Positions 61,329 through 64,000 of a DNA stretch of 64,000 bases are shown here, one piece after another. The notes beneath the pieces are model-generated. The model worked only from the letters and a program-made list of their open reading frames with translations, was not told where the DNA came from and did not search any database. Location: NCBI GenBank assembly GCA_973895155.1, contig OZ316891.1, positions 21,752,513-21,816,512 of the forward strand. The letters run 5' to 3'. The stretch is from Marsupella aquatica. Taxonomy: Eukaryota; Plantae; Marchantiophyta. Every line of letters starts with the position of its first letter. The stretch's first letter is position 1. The position numbers were made by a program, and so were the translations under genes.

Positions 61329-64000
61329 CTAAACTACATGCTTCATTACTGTCTGGGATTTGTCACTTGCTATGCATGTCAAGAGATAGTCTCTTGCCTT
61401 GATAGCAACATTCTTTGGAATTCCTACCAGCCCTGTCACTGGTCCTTTGCGTGCTTTGAAACACCACAAGGCAGAGGAAACATCTATTGTCTCAGCTTCC
61501 TTGTATATTGGAGTTGGATCACGTTCCCATTTCTTATCCCAAGAATCTGCCCGCCGCTCTCTTGGCTGCCAGTCTGATTGACCACGTTGCTTCTTTGCCA
61601 TAAATGGTCTAAACCACTCAACGCCACATACATGAGTAAGAAGGTTTTGTTCATTCACTGGTCCTTCTACCACATCTGTAACAACTAACCCCATATGGAC
61701 GGGATAAACATCTAGGTCTGAGTCATCCGGCCGTACCAACACATAACAGCCCTTCACAACATCAACCCTAGGGTTAAAACTCTCAGGAGGTTTATCTTTT
61801 GCTGGTCCCACATAATCCACTGTTGCCTCCAACTCACATGCCACATTTCGATGTTCTGGTGGAACGTGCTCTCCCTATATTGATAAAGGCCAAAACCCGT
61901 ATTCCAAGTTGTGTGCACCTTCAGGTTCATATTGCACCTGCTCACCCTGTAGAGTATCTACAATGTCATTCCAATAATTGATGAGAGTTGTCCAACGTCG
62001 CTTTGGTTCTTCCTCTTTTGTTCGCTTTAGAATAAACTCAAAGAATGACACATGCTTCTTCAACCCTGTCAGCACTTCAGGAACCCTAAATCATTGGTAG
62101 CCGTTTGGGCACCCCAATTGGGATGTGAGGAATTTTGTCATCTTTCCATGACCACATTTCAATACCTTCCTTGGGTAACCATCCCTGATCAGTTGACTTC
62201 ATTTTGTATTGGAAGCATGGCATACTATCATGACGAACATAGAACCTAAACAGCCTGGGTTTTAAATGCCCCACCAATGCCTCAGGGCCCTTCAACATGA
62301 ATGAAGCTAAGTAGTTTTTGAAATTTGCGACCTCGTGTAGAAAATGTGGGACTGCATTGGGTGTCCTTGCTCTCATGAACAAGGACATTAACTCAGGCAA
62401 TGAGTATGTGGGGTTATGCATCATAGACTCTGAAAATGGCCCGAACATACCGTCAACGTCCTCATGAGTATGCCCAACCACCATAAAACCAAGATGAACC
62501 TCTTCAAACACCTCCCTTGCCGTCAACAATGACAAATAAGCCATCATATATCTGTTCTTGTTGTCTGAGGCACAATTATCCAGTTGTAGCTTCAATACTC
62601 GTGGAAGGGGCCTGAACTTTGGTGCCTCAGGTGCTGCATCACAATGTAACAATCTCAGAATGCTTTTAAACAAAACCCTAGTCAGACCCTAAACCCCAAT
62701 TTAGGGTTTAGGGTTTAAACCCTATTAATGAAACCTTGGCTAGGAGGAGCAACAACTACACAACGTAGAGTGTCAATGTGTGTGAGCTTATATTATTAAA
62801 TAATAATAAATTAAAGGATTGTGAGTAGAGTACCTAGGCTTGAGATGTAGGCAATGTCATCCTCAAATGCTCTAAGGACACTTGCCTCCAAGATATCTGC
62901 TCTCCAAAAAAGGAGGTCTTTAAAAAGACTTGTCGAGTGTGGCCCCTCCACAAGCTAGTGATTTGATCATTGGATTTGGGTTTTCCAACATCCTTAGTAT
63001 TGAATCAATTGACCCAATAGTGATGTTGACATCACCTGGCCACACTCCAACATGATATTGGGCTATGGCCTTGGGACCATGACCATGAGTAAGGATACCA
63101 GTGACAGTAATTGGGAACTTTTGGGCACCATCCACATGCTTAGGATTGAAGGGCATTCTTGGGAGAGCTGTCTTTGAATGCTCGGGGATTTCACTTCCAC
63201 AAAAATGGCATATCACGTGCAACGAAGTATAGGGTCATTTTATTGGTTTGAAGGGAAGACTTAAGAATTTCCTGAGAAGAACAATAGGGTCTTTTAAATC
63301 CAGTTTTGGGACTTATAAGAACACTAGGGTCTTTATAATCAATTTTTTGGAATTTTTTGAGAATATTCCAACTTTATAGGGGTCAATAAAATAAGTTTTT
63401 TTCTTACATTTTAGGGGGTCCGAGGCCTAAAAACGTCGCAGGTGATGGGGAGGCATCCATATAGTGAGACCCCCAAGTTTGAATGATCCATCTTATCATG
63501 AATAAGGCATAACACTTCCTTTGGACGATGGATGGACTCATATCTCCAGGTATGATAGCACATTCTTTGCTATGTGTGGTCTTGGCGATGTTCCTCCTCG
63601 TCACGCCTTAGGCCCTCTAACTCTTCCTTAGCTCCTGTAAGGTTTGCTTTCCGTTGAAGCAACTCACTACTGAAAAGTTGTTGCCCTTTTTGTGACATGA
63701 GAACTCCCTGAAATACATCTGATGTAGATGACTCAAGGTGGGTTGGGAAATTGGAGGAAGACCAGCCTCCTAGTTGACAACATTAACCCTGTTTCTAATA
63801 TTCTCCCAAGTAAGATTTGTTGGCAATTCCCTCAAAACCATCCTTGTATTATCTGCCATGGTTCTCAACTTGGCTGGATGATGATCAGCTGCCTCCTCAA
63901 TAATCTCTTTCATTGACATGAACACTTGAGATACTTTCTCGGACATACGCCTTTTTCCAGCATTACCATGGGTACCTATGTTCATTCCAGCCATCACAGT
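61329..64000 (-). pseudogene. Second Sola-like/DUF7869-type transposase, degenerate and MITE-disrupted
   Basis: LQLDNCASDNKNRY...GHTHEDVD; intron 62833-62634 at the same position as in element A; frameshifts and stops; 5' end lies outside the window. Confidence 0.9.
63181..63477. mobile_element. MITE family M, copy 3, inside the transposase
   Basis: Perfect TSD TTTGAATG (63173-63180, 63478-63485); interrupts HDKMDHSKTALP. Confidence 0.93.

Larger units (their letters stand above)
60512..64000. mobile_element. Element B transposase arm (left end), runs past the window edge
   Basis: TIR AACCCCAATTTAAGGAATAC (19/20 identical to 40597) preceded by ATAA; decayed B-type palindrome ACGCACCAGGGTGCGT at 60971. 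Confidence 0.8.

Overview
This is eukaryotic land-plant DNA, probably from a non-seed plant (inferred from TTTAGGG motifs, NAC and YUCCA sequences, GT-AG introns and a bryophyte-type Gypsy gag). It is a nest of transposable elements. Main result: two related giant cut-and-paste DNA transposons with a Sola-like/DUF7869-type DDD transposase. Element A is complete at 12489-38783 (26.3 kb, 24-bp TIRs, 4-bp TSD GAGT). Element B appears split by an inversion into a cargo arm (40597-~51910) and a transposase arm (60512->64000), with 20-bp TIRs and TSD ATAA. Both carry a large spliced gene encoding a ParB-like domain fused to a degenerate amino-methyltransferase-like fold, followed by FCP1/SCP-like HAD domains. 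B adds a ULP1 SUMO protease and three F-box-like units. Each element is marked by its own 16-bp palindrome (A: RCGAACCATGGTTCGY; B: ACGCG-N6-CGCGT), clustered upstream of genes and in introns. This suggests a self-recognition or anti-silencing system reminiscent of parS/ParB or VANC. Both elements sit in one very old Ty1/copia element. Also present: a divergent NAC gene, a YUCCA pseudogene fragment, further copia and Gypsy remnants, an 8-bp-TSD MITE family (4 copies) and several tandem repeats. All domain calls come from manual motif recognition; no database searches were run.
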